Made by a program: the position numbers and the translations under genes | IMG/VR virus record: IMGVR_UViG_3300028886_000061 | Coordinates: 9,635 to 73,634 of that record | Strand: one strand, 5' to 3' | Length of the DNA: 64,000 bases | DNA from: a virus | Taxonomy: Duplodnaviria; Heunggongvirae; Uroviricota; Caudoviricetes | In this document: piece by piece, positions 1-10,352 of the stretch | How positions within the stretch are numbered: position 1 is the first letter of the stretch | Layout: every line of letters begins with the position of its first letter | Notes under the pieces: model-generated | Told to the model about the DNA's origin: nothing | Seen by the model: the letters and a program-made list of their open reading frames with translations, nothing else | The model's database searches: none

Positions 1-81
1 AACCTGGTAAAACATATAGATAAACGGATACCATACAAAGCAGATGATTAATGGCTCATTAAAGATCCTTATTATATATAC

Positions 82-690
82 ATGAAGAACTTAAAGCAAT
101 ATATAGACGAACAATTACAGGAAGGACTCGGATTCACTGTCGATGATGAACTCGCTGCAGATTATATATATGCATTCGAGAATAACGATTGGGATTCATC
201 AGGTCTCGATCTGAAGGATATCGATATGTGGTGGAGTCTTGGAATCCAATATATGAAATATGTGTTGGAACACTCCAAATTCTCCGGATGTTTAGGTGAG
301 GATACAGATGAGTTGGAGGTTGTCAAATTCGAGAAGTTTGATAATTTATTCCTCAATGTATGCGAGGTGGTATCCAACGCAGAAGGTGGTAAGGTGCCTA
401 TTGATGACTATTGGGGACATTATGTGATATGTTATAAGGGTCACGATCCTATATATATCCCAGACCTCGATATTATGGATTGGAATGATGTGGCATATGC
501 AATTAATCCACGAGCCAAGTGGAGAAATTGTGTGTCCAAAACCAATCTCGAATGGATCCTATCGAACAATGATGATACAGTGTGGATTCGTAATCGTTCA
601 GCATACGATTCACTCATTAAATATACCGGTTGGAGCATCTGGAAAGATGGTAAATGTGAAGCCGGTAGACTTGCTATGGAAAAAAAGTAA
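82..690 (+). CDS. hypothetical protein (202 aa)
   Basis: Uninterrupted ORF with ATG at 82; TATATA-box motif at 69-80 immediately upstream; no domain recognised. Confidence 0.5.
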   Translation: MKNLKQYIDEQLQEGLGFTVDDELAADYIYAFENNDWDSSGLDLKDIDMWWSLGIQYMKYVLEHSKFSGCLGEDTDELEVVKFEKFDNLFLNVCEVVSNAEGGKVPIDDYWGHYVICYKGHDPIYIPDLDIMDWNDVAYAINPRAKWRNCVSKTNLEWILSNNDDTVWIRNRSAYDSLIKYTGWSIWKDGKCEAGRLAMEKK

Positions 691-697
691 TACATAT

Positions 698-1444
698 ATG
701 CCAAAGGGAAGTGGTAGAACGAAGAATTTAAGGTATGGTGCAGAGGAAACTGGCTGGGAAAAGACAGATGTAGCTGGTGCTGAAAAATATATGGAGGGCC
801 TCTTCGGTGATGCCAAGCAATTAGGAGTACCAGTCGATGATATGGAAGATATATACGAGGTTGATATAGACCTCATTACAAAAGACGCCAGTACACTTGC
901 TGCATCCAATGTACAGAATCTTCTTCGTTTATATAACAATAAACAATTCACGGATGAACATCCGGACTTCAAACGCCGCATCGATACAGAGATTGAATCC
1001 CTCCGTAAACTATATAAGATGGCCAAGGTCAATGAACAGGTCCACGACCATCTTGTGACATCCATATCGAAGAATCCAGGGAATGCAAGCCTTTATATGG
1101 CACTTGACCGTATACAAGGTAAGATACTTTCCGTCGATAAGCAGATCCGTGATCAAATATCCAACTTTAATAAGATTATTACCGGTTACCAGATGGAATT
1201 GAATTTTGCAGAAAATGATAGATCCAATGATGGTGATGGTACCACTACAGAACGCGAGGATGGTTCAATCATATCTCGCGGACGTAAGGCATTTATAGAG
1301 GAGATGAAAAACAAGGAATCACAGGCTCAGGACTCCGAACATCTCGATCCCGATAATCTACCGGAGGGATGGACTGTTGACCCAGACACCGGTGAAGTAT
1401 TCGATGAGGAAACCGGCGAGGTGATGGGTCACGTGCAAATCTAA
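698..1444 (+). CDS. hypothetical protein, predicted coiled-coil, acidic C-terminus
   Basis: ORF open from 485 but out-of-frame overlap with upstream gene; ATG at 698 sits just after upstream stop (688-690). Confidence 0.45.
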   Translation: MPKGSGRTKNLRYGAEETGWEKTDVAGAEKYMEGLFGDAKQLGVPVDDMEDIYEVDIDLITKDASTLAASNVQNLLRLYNNKQFTDEHPDFKRRIDTEIESLRKLYKMAKVNEQVHDHLVTSISKNPGNASLYMALDRIQGKILSVDKQIRDQISNFNKIITGYQMELNFAENDRSNDGDGTTTEREDGSIISRGRKAFIEEMKNKESQAQDSEHLDPDNLPEGWTVDPDTGEVFDEETGEVMGHVQI

Positions 1445-1944
1445 ACAAGATTATCCAGGGCCCACCGGAGCACCGATGTAAAATCCATCTTACGTGACTT
1501 CCAATTTTTGATTACTCCGTTACGAGATATATTATAATGAAAACGAAACTCTTCAGGCTGCACTTGTAATAAGGTGTGGCCTTTTTTATCTATGTAGGTA
1601 AGGGTGACGTTCTTGAAAGTCCATCCGGATAATACTTCACAATCGTGTTCCCATCTATTAATACGGCCACTTTTCCAGTCAATGGAGAATGCTGGTCGTT
1701 TTTGTTTGAGGTCTGGATGAATCATACAAAGATTTTCGAACTTCTCCAGCCATTTATTGCCGGATGTAATGGTGTACTCATTTGGGTTTGAGAGTTCACC
1801 CTGAATTATAACATGCGATATTCTAATCAAAACACACTCTTTAATTCGCTCCAAGAGCATTCGTTGGTCTTTGTTATATCCAAAGAATACATATAATCTT
1901 TCGAGGAGGTAAAGAACCTTGTTAAAAAGCAAATACGAATCCAT
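1441..1944 (-). CDS. hypothetical protein (167 aa), oppositely oriented to neighbours
   Basis: ORF on minus strand, divergent from + gene at 1969 across 25-nt AT-rich spacer. Confidence 0.4.
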   Translation of the reverse strand: MDSYLLFNKVLYLLERLYVFFGYNKDQRMLLERIKECVLIRISHVIIQGELSNPNEYTITSGNKWLEKFENLCMIHPDLKQKRPAFSIDWKSGRINRWEHDCEVLSGWTFKNVTLTYIDKKGHTLLQVQPEEFRFHYNISRNGVIKNWKSRKMDFTSVLRWALDNLV

Positions 1945-1968
1945 ATATTACTTTAAAGATGTATATAT

Positions 1969-2295
1969 ATGTTTGTAGAACTAACCATCACCCACGAAGA
2001 TAAAGATTATTTCATTAAAGGAACTGCCGATATTAAATCCATAGAACCAGTAATACCAGCAAACAAATTGAAAACGGTAGATGATGTACTTAATTTATTT
2101 ACCTTGACGAAGATAATATTTAAAACCAGAAGTATAATGGAGATGGTCCAGTGGCAAAAACCGCTATTTGCTAATGATAAATGTATTCTAAAAGTGGATG
2201 GTGAGGTATATGAAGGTATATATAAAACCCATTCAAGAATAGATGGTAGTCCAATTATCTTTTTACCCAAACAGATTGATTTTGAAAATAAATAA
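1969..2295 (+). CDS. hypothetical protein (108 aa)
   Basis: ORF with ATG, TATATA motif upstream (1951-1962). Confidence 0.45.
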   Translation: MFVELTITHEDKDYFIKGTADIKSIEPVIPANKLKTVDDVLNLFTLTKIIFKTRSIMEMVQWQKPLFANDKCILKVDGEVYEGIYKTHSRIDGSPIIFLPKQIDFENK

Positions 2296-2304
2296 ACCTA
2301 TAAA

Positions 2305-2874
2305 ATGAAAATAATTCTCGTTGGTGCACAAAGCACAGGTAAAACAAGTGTAATGAATGCACTCCCACCGGAGTTGAAACAATATGGCATCCGTGAAGTT
2401 ATCCGTAATATGACTGCACAGGATCCAACCATTCATATTAACCAAAATGGTGATGACTGGTCCCAAAACCGCTTTTTCTACGAGTACCTATATTTATTTG
2501 CCAAGTATCCTGAATACATCTCCGATCGTGGTCTATTGGATGTATGTGCATATACATTATGGTTGGCACGTACCGGTAAGGTCGCATATGACACCTATGC
2601 AAAACAAATGTATATCCTGCAGGATTGGCTTTCAACCCATAGTGATGTGATTCATGTCTATTTCCCAGCTGAATACTTCGGTGTGGTGGATGATGGGTAT
2701 CGCGATGCAAACGAGAAGAATCGTCAGGAAGTAGACCAATGCGTACGAGATGTGATCGATGAGTTGGTTAAACAAGGCCTCTGGGTTGGATATACCATTG
2801 GTGATCTACCGGTACCTGAACGGGTTGAACAGCTTAAGGAAATCATCCAAACACACTTTCCTGGAGAGATTTAA
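2305..2874 (+). CDS. P-loop NTPase, small nucleoside/nucleotide kinase-like
   Basis: N-terminal Walker A GAQSTGKTS; 189 aa, layout like NadR/AAA_28-type kinases. Confidence 0.5.
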   Translation: MKIILVGAQSTGKTSVMNALPPELKQYGIREVIRNMTAQDPTIHINQNGDDWSQNRFFYEYLYLFAKYPEYISDRGLLDVCAYTLWLARTGKVAYDTYAKQMYILQDWLSTHSDVIHVYFPAEYFGVVDDGYRDANEKNRQEVDQCVRDVIDELVKQGLWVGYTIGDLPVPERVEQLKEIIQTHFPGEI

Positions 2875-2887
2875 GAGCTCAAAATAA

Positions 2888-2918
2888 AAACACCCTCAAT
2901 CGAGGGTGTTTATTTTTA
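2888..2918. terminator. bidirectional rho-independent terminator between convergent genes
   Basis: 8-bp stem acaccctc/gagggtgt with loop aatc, A-run 5' and T-run 3'. Confidence 0.7.
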
Positions 2919-2924
2919 TATATT

Positions 2925-3533
2925 CTAACAAGCATCAAGTTTTGCCTTTGTTATATCATGCCATCCAGCACGCGACAATTCAAATCTCATAAATCCACTA
3001 ATAGATCCACTAATACCACTGACTGTAATGGGCATCATATTACACCATTTTATTTGGGAACTATGACATATAATATCCCAGGATGGTGACATATGCCAAG
3101 AAGATGGGCAAATTTTAAAATCAAACCATTCACCATCTGCCATAGCATATCCCGATGGGCCATTAGATGTGGCTGCGTTTTTAACCAATAATCCACTATA
3201 CGTAAAATTCTTTGTAGGTAATAAATTAGTGTTCGCTACGTCGCCTACATTTGGACAATTTGATATAAATCCAACACTTTTTGATGTACCATTCCATTGG
3301 GTAAATGTAATAACATTCCAACAGAAACAATTATCAAGTAAAGGATATGTACCATATGAGTTATCGCACCACGGTATATGCCCGCCGAATGTATTCGCAT
3401 TTGGTTTAAATGGAAAATTATAGTTCCGATTCCAAATTTCCGGGTTAAAACCGTTGGATGGTTTTATATTCAATAGGTGATATCCGTGGCCTTTTATTTT
3501 ATTCAGATTACTACCAGTAGCATCTTCATCCAC
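2925..3533 (-). CDS. hypothetical protein (202 aa), W/N/G/C-rich
   Basis: ORF on minus strand; tandem with 3584..4282. Confidence 0.4.
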   Translation of the reverse strand: MDEDATGSNLNKIKGHGYHLLNIKPSNGFNPEIWNRNYNFPFKPNANTFGGHIPWCDNSYGTYPLLDNCFCWNVITFTQWNGTSKSVGFISNCPNVGDVANTNLLPTKNFTYSGLLVKNAATSNGPSGYAMADGEWFDFKICPSSWHMSPSWDIICHSSQIKWCNMMPITVSGISGSISGFMRFELSRAGWHDITKAKLDAC

Positions 3534-3583
3534 ACATAGTACAATGTTAGAAGTTCCAATTGATTCTTTTTGAACTTGACTAT

Positions 3584-4282
3584 TTAATAACTGGGTGAGT
3601 TTGGAGTAATACTGCCTCGAAAATTTCGTGGAACTGATTGATATGGTCCTACAAACGGAGTAGTATCATTAATAAAACTTTCAAGAAAAGCAGTACGTGT
3701 AGGAAGCGCATAACCAGGTATTTGAGAACCGTAAAACATATATTGTTTTTGATCTGGATCTAAAGTCACTGGATGATCCACAAAACTATTCCACCTGCAA
3801 TTATTGGAAACATTCATTATATTACCTTCCTTGAATACTTTTCCAAGTGATTCACCCAACATTTGAATAGCTTCCTTACATGCACCATATACACCACTAT
3901 CGTATTGTAATACTTCAGCTGAATAATCTGAAAACTCAAGTTCAATGCAATATTTATTTTCAGACGAATGTCGATAGTTATATGGATCAAAATCTGCACG
4001 TATATATATATCCGGAGAAAGTTCATATGGGCTAACATAAGGCCACATATTACTGTCAAATGTTATTGAATTCGAGGATACCCTATGTCTAATTGAGGTA
4101 CCATTATAATACATATACCAAACTCTCCACGTTGCTTGACCCAGATTCGTGGATGTTGGACTTCCAACATTTATCTGATATATATTGGTATCTATAATAT
4201 TACCATTCCAAAGTCCAGACACTGAATCTTTGGTTGTTGGCTTATATAGATTCAACCCGACATTCATGTTAAAACTCACCAT
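3584..4282 (-). CDS. hypothetical protein (232 aa), W/Y/N-rich
   Basis: ORF on minus strand; first gene of a 2-gene minus-strand island. Confidence 0.4.
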   Translation of the reverse strand: MVSFNMNVGLNLYKPTTKDSVSGLWNGNIIDTNIYQINVGSPTSTNLGQATWRVWYMYYNGTSIRHRVSSNSITFDSNMWPYVSPYELSPDIYIRADFDPYNYRHSSENKYCIELEFSDYSAEVLQYDSGVYGACKEAIQMLGESLGKVFKEGNIMNVSNNCRWNSFVDHPVTLDPDQKQYMFYGSQIPGYALPTRTAFLESFINDTTPFVGPYQSVPRNFRGSITPNSPSY

Positions 4283-4379
4283 ATTAAATTCGAATGTTTT
4301 TGATTAAATAATAATGGTTTCAAAATAGCGTTAATAAATTTGCAAGTTTCTTTATATATAATCATCAATAGAGAAACCC

Positions 4380-4811
4380 ATGAATGTTAAAAGTTACAAA
4401 TGTCTTCCCAAGTATATAGTCCGGCAAATGATGCCTGATTTGGTTTGGACCCATTTTGAGGTAGTGGATGACCAGGAAAAATACTTTTGTTTCTTTGACG
4501 ATGATAACAAGTTTGTAGGAGCTATGTTTGTTCGCTTTGAATGTTTTGAATTTCAAGGAGATGCTCTTACATTTACTGTATATATCGATAAGTTTGAAGT
4601 AGCATATAAGAGACGTGGTGAGGGCTGGGGTAAAAAGATGTTCAATTGGTTGATTGACACCTACCCCATTAGCGCAGTAACGTTATGTCACGTACTGGAG
4701 GAAAAAGACGGTGGTTCAAGTTATCGATGGTGGAAACATATGGGATTTCATAAACCAAATCGACTGTATAGTCAAATGTATAAACGCATACCGGTTAAAC
4801 ACAGAAGTTAA
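4380..4811 (+). CDS. GNAT-family acetyltransferase
   Basis: Motif-A-like RRGEGWGKKM and overall 143-aa GNAT layout. Confidence 0.5.
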   Translation: MNVKSYKCLPKYIVRQMMPDLVWTHFEVVDDQEKYFCFFDDDNKFVGAMFVRFECFEFQGDALTFTVYIDKFEVAYKRRGEGWGKKMFNWLIDTYPISAVTLCHVLEEKDGGSSYRWWKHMGFHKPNRLYSQMYKRIPVKHRS

Positions 4812-4848
4812 TTACTTATATTTGGATATACAATAAAATTTCAAAAAT

Positions 4849-5715
4849 ATGTCGGATAAACGCAATATGAAAACTGCCGTAGTATCATTCTCCGGCGGTA
4901 TGGATAGTACCTGTTTGGTGCTTTATCTTCTCTCCAAAGGACACAGTGTACATGCTGTATCGTTCAATTATGGTCAAAGTCATTCCATTGAACTCAAACG
5001 AGCCAGTCAGATTGCAAAGTACCTTCAGAAACTTGGCCTTTCCATCGATCACGAAATCATTGACCTTCGCAGTGTCTTTAATATGAGTCAATCATCCCTG
5101 GTTAAGGGTGAACATGCCCCGGAAGGTCACTACGCAGATGAGATGATGAAAACGACCGTGGTGGAGAATCGTAATGTTATCTTTTCTTCCATCGTTTTCT
5201 CCAAGGCTCTATCATTTGCCAGGATGAATCTCGATGCACTTAAGTATAATGCAGGTACAGATCCTCAACAACAGGTTTCCGAGAAGGAACTCCGGGATCA
5301 AGCCAAGGTGGTTATTTCATTGGGTGTACATGCCGGTGATCATGCTATTTATCCGGATTGCACAGATGAAAGTGTAAATATGGCCCGTGAGTTATTCCGT
5401 ATCTCCAACTGGGATTCCGATTTGGTTGTCTATGATGCACCGTTCGTTGATTGCTCAAAGGCTGAAGTGTTGAATATTGGACGTTCCAGCGCCAAGGAAT
5501 TGGGTTTGAAGAACTCACAAATCAATACCATCTTCCGTAAATCAGTTTCCTGCTATAATGCAAATGAGACTGGTAAGTCCTGTGGTAAATGTGGTACATG
5601 CACCGAGAGATTGGAAGCATTTTGGGCCAATGGATTGAATGATCCAGCCAAGTATGTGGATCCGAATATGGGTAAACGACCAGAACACTGGAACGAAGTG
5701 GAATATGACGGTTAA
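4849..5715 (+). CDS. queC: QueC-like PP-loop ATPase (7-cyano-7-deazaguanine synthase family)
   Basis: SGGMDST PP-loop, ENRNVIF, GDHAIYPDCTDE, SCYNA...CGKCGTC zinc motif; about 40-aa insertion relative to E. coli QueC. Confidence 0.65.
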   Translation: MSDKRNMKTAVVSFSGGMDSTCLVLYLLSKGHSVHAVSFNYGQSHSIELKRASQIAKYLQKLGLSIDHEIIDLRSVFNMSQSSLVKGEHAPEGHYADEMMKTTVVENRNVIFSSIVFSKALSFARMNLDALKYNAGTDPQQQVSEKELRDQAKVVISLGVHAGDHAIYPDCTDESVNMARELFRISNWDSDLVVYDAPFVDCSKAEVLNIGRSSAKELGLKNSQINTIFRKSVSCYNANETGKSCGKCGTCTERLEAFWANGLNDPAKYVDPNMGKRPEHWNEVEYDG

Positions 5716-5739
5716 AAAGAAATTAAATAGTACAACTTG

Positions 5740-5759
5740 AAGGCTCCTCCGGGAGCCTT
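5740..5759 (+). terminator. rho-independent terminator
   Basis: aaggctcc-tcc-gggagcctt hairpin followed by T-rich tract. Confidence 0.65.
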
Positions 5760-5788
5760 TATTATTTATTTAAAATAAAACCGTTTTT

Positions 5789-6274
5789 ATGAAACATCTT
5801 TTTGAATACATAGATGAAGCTCTTCAACCACAAACAGGTATTGGTGCATTTGATTGGGCAGTAAATATACCAACCATAGTTATAAGTAATCTTATGCAGC
5901 AACTTCCTGGTCTCGGGTATAAGTCTACAGGAGCACATGTACAGAATAATGAGTATAAAGTATCCCATAAAGGTGCTTGTATTACTATTGGTGTTCGTGC
6001 CCGTGTTGAAGGCGAAGGTACCCGCATTCCAAGCTGTAAGATCTTTGTTCGTCAATGTAGTTGCGGTAAATTATCCATTGTTGAAAAATATCTCAATATA
6101 GATGGTGATGGTAAGGCTACTTACAAGGTACTCGATGTTAAAGGTGATAAGTTTATCTGGACTCCTTGCGATTATAAAGATCTTCCTCAATGTGGTAATA
6201 TCGATGATACAGCCGAGTTCTGTGAGTTGCTTGTAAAGAAAATCCTCGCTCGTTCCAAGCGTTATACCAAATAA
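5789..6274 (+). CDS. hypothetical Cys-rich protein (161 aa)
   Basis: ORF with ATG; no domain recognised. Confidence 0.45.
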   Translation: MKHLFEYIDEALQPQTGIGAFDWAVNIPTIVISNLMQQLPGLGYKSTGAHVQNNEYKVSHKGACITIGVRARVEGEGTRIPSCKIFVRQCSCGKLSIVEKYLNIDGDGKATYKVLDVKGDKFIWTPCDYKDLPQCGNIDDTAEFCELLVKKILARSKRYTK

Positions 6275-6285
6275 ATCATACCAAT

Positions 6286-6981
6286 ATGGAAGCAACAAAG
6301 GAAATCCGTTACTATCTATCCAATAAACAGACTTGGAATGATGTAACCGTACAGGTCACCACAAAGAATGATAATAATATCATTCCTTCCGTAGGTAGTG
6401 TTATAAGTGTTGGTAAGATTAAATTCCGCGTTGCCAAGGTCACAGATGATCGTAAATACCATAAAGTTTGGCTTGAAGATAAGGAAACTGTATTAACCCC
6501 ACTTGAGGAGGCTTTGGAGAACTTCGAAAATCTTGAGGTAATATCCATTGATGAACCGATTGACGAGGCTACAAAAACCAAGGCTGGTGGTGTTGGTAAA
6601 GGTCCTGCAAATCTTTTATTTGGCGTCGGGCCAACCAACGATCCATCAGCTTTCAATTGGTTAACAGCAACCGGTCCTGGTACTAAAGCGTCTATGGGTG
6701 GATATATACGTTCATCTTTGGGATTAGGAACCGGTTTTGGTGTACAAGTATCCGACTTTGGAGAGGTATGTATAGTGAATATTACATATTCGAACGCACA
6801 AACCTGTCGGTGTTCCTCTGTCACTTGTGCTATTATCCTGCGTGGTAAGAACTCTCCATACGCATATACGGTATATTCGAACTCAGCCCGTTGGCGTAAC
6901 TGTAATGGTATCGATCAAGCATGTAATTTTATCCGTAGTAAGGCAAACGCATTGATCGGTAGCACAAGTAGTGCAGTCTAA
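6286..6981 (+). CDS. hypothetical protein with Gly-rich central segment (231 aa)
   Basis: ORF with ATG. Confidence 0.45.
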   Translation: MEATKEIRYYLSNKQTWNDVTVQVTTKNDNNIIPSVGSVISVGKIKFRVAKVTDDRKYHKVWLEDKETVLTPLEEALENFENLEVISIDEPIDEATKTKAGGVGKGPANLLFGVGPTNDPSAFNWLTATGPGTKASMGGYIRSSLGLGTGFGVQVSDFGEVCIVNITYSNAQTCRCSSVTCAIILRGKNSPYAYTVYSNSARWRNCNGIDQACNFIRSKANALIGSTSSAV

Positions 6982-6996
6982 AAAAATATTCGAGTT

Positions 6997-8598
6997 ATGT
7001 CTTGTTTAATCAAGCGCCTTATAACGCTTACAGTTCCAATACGATATAGAACAGTTAATATATTCGATGAGAATGATAATGATGTAACACAAACAGCATT
7101 ATTCTCGTGGAGTACTGATACTATATGCTGGACGAATTTCGTGACACTGGAACAATATGATAAACTTGCACCTAACATTGAAACCGACTATTATCTTCGT
7201 ATACTTATAATTTCAGGATTCAAAACATTGGCACTTGATGGCAAAGCCGTTGATTGCTATACGATCTGTTTATATAACGAGAACCCATATCTCAAGGATC
7301 TTTGCCTAAACCAAACAATCGACTTTTATGCCAATCTCGATTGTGCACTACAAATGTATACACAATTATCGGATCTTGTGTGCTGTATGGTTGGTATTCC
7401 TTGCTATTATTTTCGAGTATTACCCGATCAAAATACAGCAGATCTCACATTCAAAGAGTATGTGCTTCATAACGTGGTTGATATGAAGTACTTGAAGTTG
7501 GTTTGCCAGGATGGAGCTATGCCTTCGAGTAAACCACAGATGACCGAATTCGACTTTGATTGGGATACCGATTGGGAAGTTGAGATGTCAAAAACAGCAT
7601 TCGCCAAAGCATTCGGTGATACAGCATTCCCAAAACAACGTGATATTATATGGATTCCATTGATGAAACGTATGTGGGAGGTCAATGCTGCTTACGATGA
7701 AAAAGCAGAAGGGTTTATGTGGCGTCCTGTCACGTGGAAACTCGGATTGGTAAAATGGAACGATAAAACCAACATCGATCAGGGTGATTTTGAAAGTATT
7801 ATTGATAACTGGGCAGTTAACCGTATGGAGAACTTTCTTCCCAAAGAGGAAGAAGAGCAGGTTCGCGAGAGTGGTGTTATACAGATGGAGGCACCATTAT
7901 ATCAACCGGAGAATCTATATAATCTAACCATATCGGATGCAGTTCGTGAGTTCGTTACCAACACCGAATTACATAGCGTGAAAAGTCATCAACTTAATCA
8001 TAGAGCTGCTATAGTAACAAGGGATGTCTATAACTTCATTAATGAAGACTCGGTTATCGTATATCAACATCGTTACTGTTCGGATTCGGGTACATTGGCT
8101 TTTATTATTAGTCCACGCGATACAAACACAGCAAAAACAATATTCAAGGCAGGTAATGTTAAGGTGGATATGCACGGTGCTGTTATATCATTTAACGGTA
8201 TGTCGCAAGAACTTATACCAGGGTATACATATATGGTGCATTGTAAATGGAATCGAGCATCATTCACCACGGAGATGAATATATATCCATATATATGCAC
8301 TGCACCGGCTGGTACTAGACCATATTATATTAAACCGGATATGTATATATTCGATTTTGAGAATGCTACATGCTTACAGACTAATGCATATAACAATGAC
8401 TTTATATCACAACAACCGGTACCTGTGGTTTTATCTCCGGCGCCTCATATTGTAACCAATATAAAAATGTACGACTCAGTACTTGAATTGAATGACATTG
8501 TAAAGGAATCCATCAAATATTCCACAAAGGATACCAGATGTGTAATTAATGATGTCGCCCGTCCATTCGAGGATACACTTGGATTCCTAACTAAATAA
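6997..8598 (+). CDS. hypothetical protein (533 aa)
   Basis: Long uninterrupted ORF; terminator-like hairpin 8625-8650 downstream. Confidence 0.5.
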   Translation: MSCLIKRLITLTVPIRYRTVNIFDENDNDVTQTALFSWSTDTICWTNFVTLEQYDKLAPNIETDYYLRILIISGFKTLALDGKAVDCYTICLYNENPYLKDLCLNQTIDFYANLDCALQMYTQLSDLVCCMVGIPCYYFRVLPDQNTADLTFKEYVLHNVVDMKYLKLVCQDGAMPSSKPQMTEFDFDWDTDWEVEMSKTAFAKAFGDTAFPKQRDIIWIPLMKRMWEVNAAYDEKAEGFMWRPVTWKLGLVKWNDKTNIDQGDFESIIDNWAVNRMENFLPKEEEEQVRESGVIQMEAPLYQPENLYNLTISDAVREFVTNTELHSVKSHQLNHRAAIVTRDVYNFINEDSVIVYQHRYCSDSGTLAFIISPRDTNTAKTIFKAGNVKVDMHGAVISFNGMSQELIPGYTYMVHCKWNRASFTTEMNIYPYICTAPAGTRPYYIKPDMYIFDFENATCLQTNAYNNDFISQQPVPVVLSPAPHIVTNIKMYDSVLELNDIVKESIKYSTKDTRCVINDVARPFEDTLGFLTK

Positions 8599-8716
8599 AT
8601 TGAAAGTTCTACTCATATTTTTAACCGGACCGAATGGCTCCGGTTTTTTTGTTGATGGTATGTTAAGATTTTGGTGAACCCGGTTATATATAATTGAACA
8701 TAAAAAAGAAAGAATT

Positions 8717-9439
8717 ATGATAGACATTACCAACACCAAGAAAGAAATCATCACCGAGATCCTTGCACTGGCCAAGTACCTCAAGAAGAATAAACTGTTT
8801 GATATGACTCGTTCTGCGAGTTCGTTGGATCAGGATAACAAACAGGAACTCATTGAACTCCACCGCAGTATGGTTGCTGTGATCTCCGGCGACATTATCA
8901 AACGCGGTAAAGACGGTGAAGTACCCGAGCTCAGGGATCTGGCCGACGAGTACCATACCAAACATAAGGAACTGTACGATAATTTCCTCACCAATCGCGA
9001 TAATTACTTCGAAAGTATTGAGAATCTGGTTCACGATTGGTTGGGAGAAGACCTTATCGTCCACGTGAGTGACTCAAACATCGAGTTGAGGATGTCCAAA
9101 GACTCATATATCACCATTTCCATTTACTACTGTGAGCAGTGGGAAAATAAAAACCCAAGTAAGGGTCACCTCAAACTCAATCAACCATCCTGGGGAACAT
9201 GGGATCCCAAGGATCCGAAGAATAGTGATGCCGTCCGTTTCTTCCAGGTAATGAACAACATCATTTCCGATTCCAACTGGCAACGTTGTGATAAAATTTG
9301 CGACTTGATGGATAAAAACTATCAAAATACAATCCAGTTGTACCGTGACAACGACAAACTGGACGATGAGTACCACGACAAGGCAGCTGTAATTGCCGGT
9401 GAGATGGTGATGAAGAACTACGACGAATACATCAAATAA
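8717..9439 (+). CDS. hypothetical protein (240 aa), relatively GC-rich gene
   Basis: ORF with ATG; TATATA motif at 8685-8696. Confidence 0.5.
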   Translation: MIDITNTKKEIITEILALAKYLKKNKLFDMTRSASSLDQDNKQELIELHRSMVAVISGDIIKRGKDGEVPELRDLADEYHTKHKELYDNFLTNRDNYFESIENLVHDWLGEDLIVHVSDSNIELRMSKDSYITISIYYCEQWENKNPSKGHLKLNQPSWGTWDPKDPKNSDAVRFFQVMNNIISDSNWQRCDKICDLMDKNYQNTIQLYRDNDKLDDEYHDKAAVIAGEMVMKNYDEYIK

Positions 9440-9443
9440 TATT

Positions 9444-9527
9444 TGATTTTAGCGCGATAATTCGCTCCCTAATGAGAGATCTCGGGTGCCCCTGAATAAC
9501 TATACGGGTACAAAAAGATCTCTCATT
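9444..9527. repeat. structured intergenic repeat element, copy A (5' box gcgcgataattcgctccctaat + 12-bp palindromic stem)
   Basis: Shares 5' box with copies at 44209 and 59633; stem aatgagagatct/agatctctcatt; loop matches the other copies in inverted orientation. Confidence 0.7.
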
Positions 9528-9606
9528 AAAATTGAAATTTAGGAATCCGTCTAAAAAACATGAAAAATTGAGTATTTTATATAAACGAAATAAATTATAA
9601 AAAAAC

Positions 9607-10269
9607 ATGAACAATATGAAAACCGTATTTGAAGGTCAGGTTAACGACCAGAAGTTTACCAATCGTGATGAGATGAACGCCTATATTGCCCGCTGTATTG
9701 CCGAGGGTACCCCTATCTCCCATATGTCCTACTCTACAACACAGGTATGTGACAATCCTCAGAAACCTCAATGTCCTTGCCAGGGTAAAGCTGCTATCGA
9801 TGCCCGTCAGCAATCAGTAAGCTGGATAAAACATGTTCATCAGGTGAATCGCCTTGTTCCTCAGCCGTATACCAACATTATCGGTTACATCATTCCCTAT
9901 ATTGAGGAGAATCTCGAAATCGTCAATGATGACATGTCCGATGAGGTGGTCGCCGATCTGAAGGCTAAACTTGAGAAGCGTATGGCTTTTCTCGAGACTC
10001 ATATTTTCTCCTATATTCGTAGCGGTAAGTATGACAATTCGCAGGTGAACGAGTGGCTTAACCTCCTGATTGAGGGCCTCAGTAAGAAGCTTGACTGGGC
10101 TACCGGACGTCGCGATGAAATCAATACATTCATCAAGTCCATTCCTAATGATAAGTTCTTTGTGAATAGTGTGGATCTTCTGCACTTCACCACTTATGCT
10201 AACATCTATGATGAGGTAGCTGGTTTCTGCGCCGCGCTGATTGATGTCATCAATGATGTCGCCAAGTAA
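9607..10269 (+). CDS. hypothetical protein (220 aa), GC-rich
   Basis: ORF with ATG. Confidence 0.5.
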   Translation: MNNMKTVFEGQVNDQKFTNRDEMNAYIARCIAEGTPISHMSYSTTQVCDNPQKPQCPCQGKAAIDARQQSVSWIKHVHQVNRLVPQPYTNIIGYIIPYIEENLEIVNDDMSDEVVADLKAKLEKRMAFLETHIFSYIRSGKYDNSQVNEWLNLLIEGLSKKLDWATGRRDEINTFIKSIPNDKFFVNSVDLLHFTTYANIYDEVAGFCAALIDVINDVAK

Positions 10270-10322
10270 GAGTTAGTAAGACAGTTGCTTATATAAGCCT
10301 GCTGGTTAAATACCGGTAGGCT

Positions 10323-10338
10323 TTTTTTATATTTATTC
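10323..10338 (+). promoter_or_regulatory. promoter-like box tttttttatatttatt upstream of 10353
   Basis: Motif recurrence. Confidence 0.35.
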
Positions 10339-10352
10339 AAAATACAATAATT

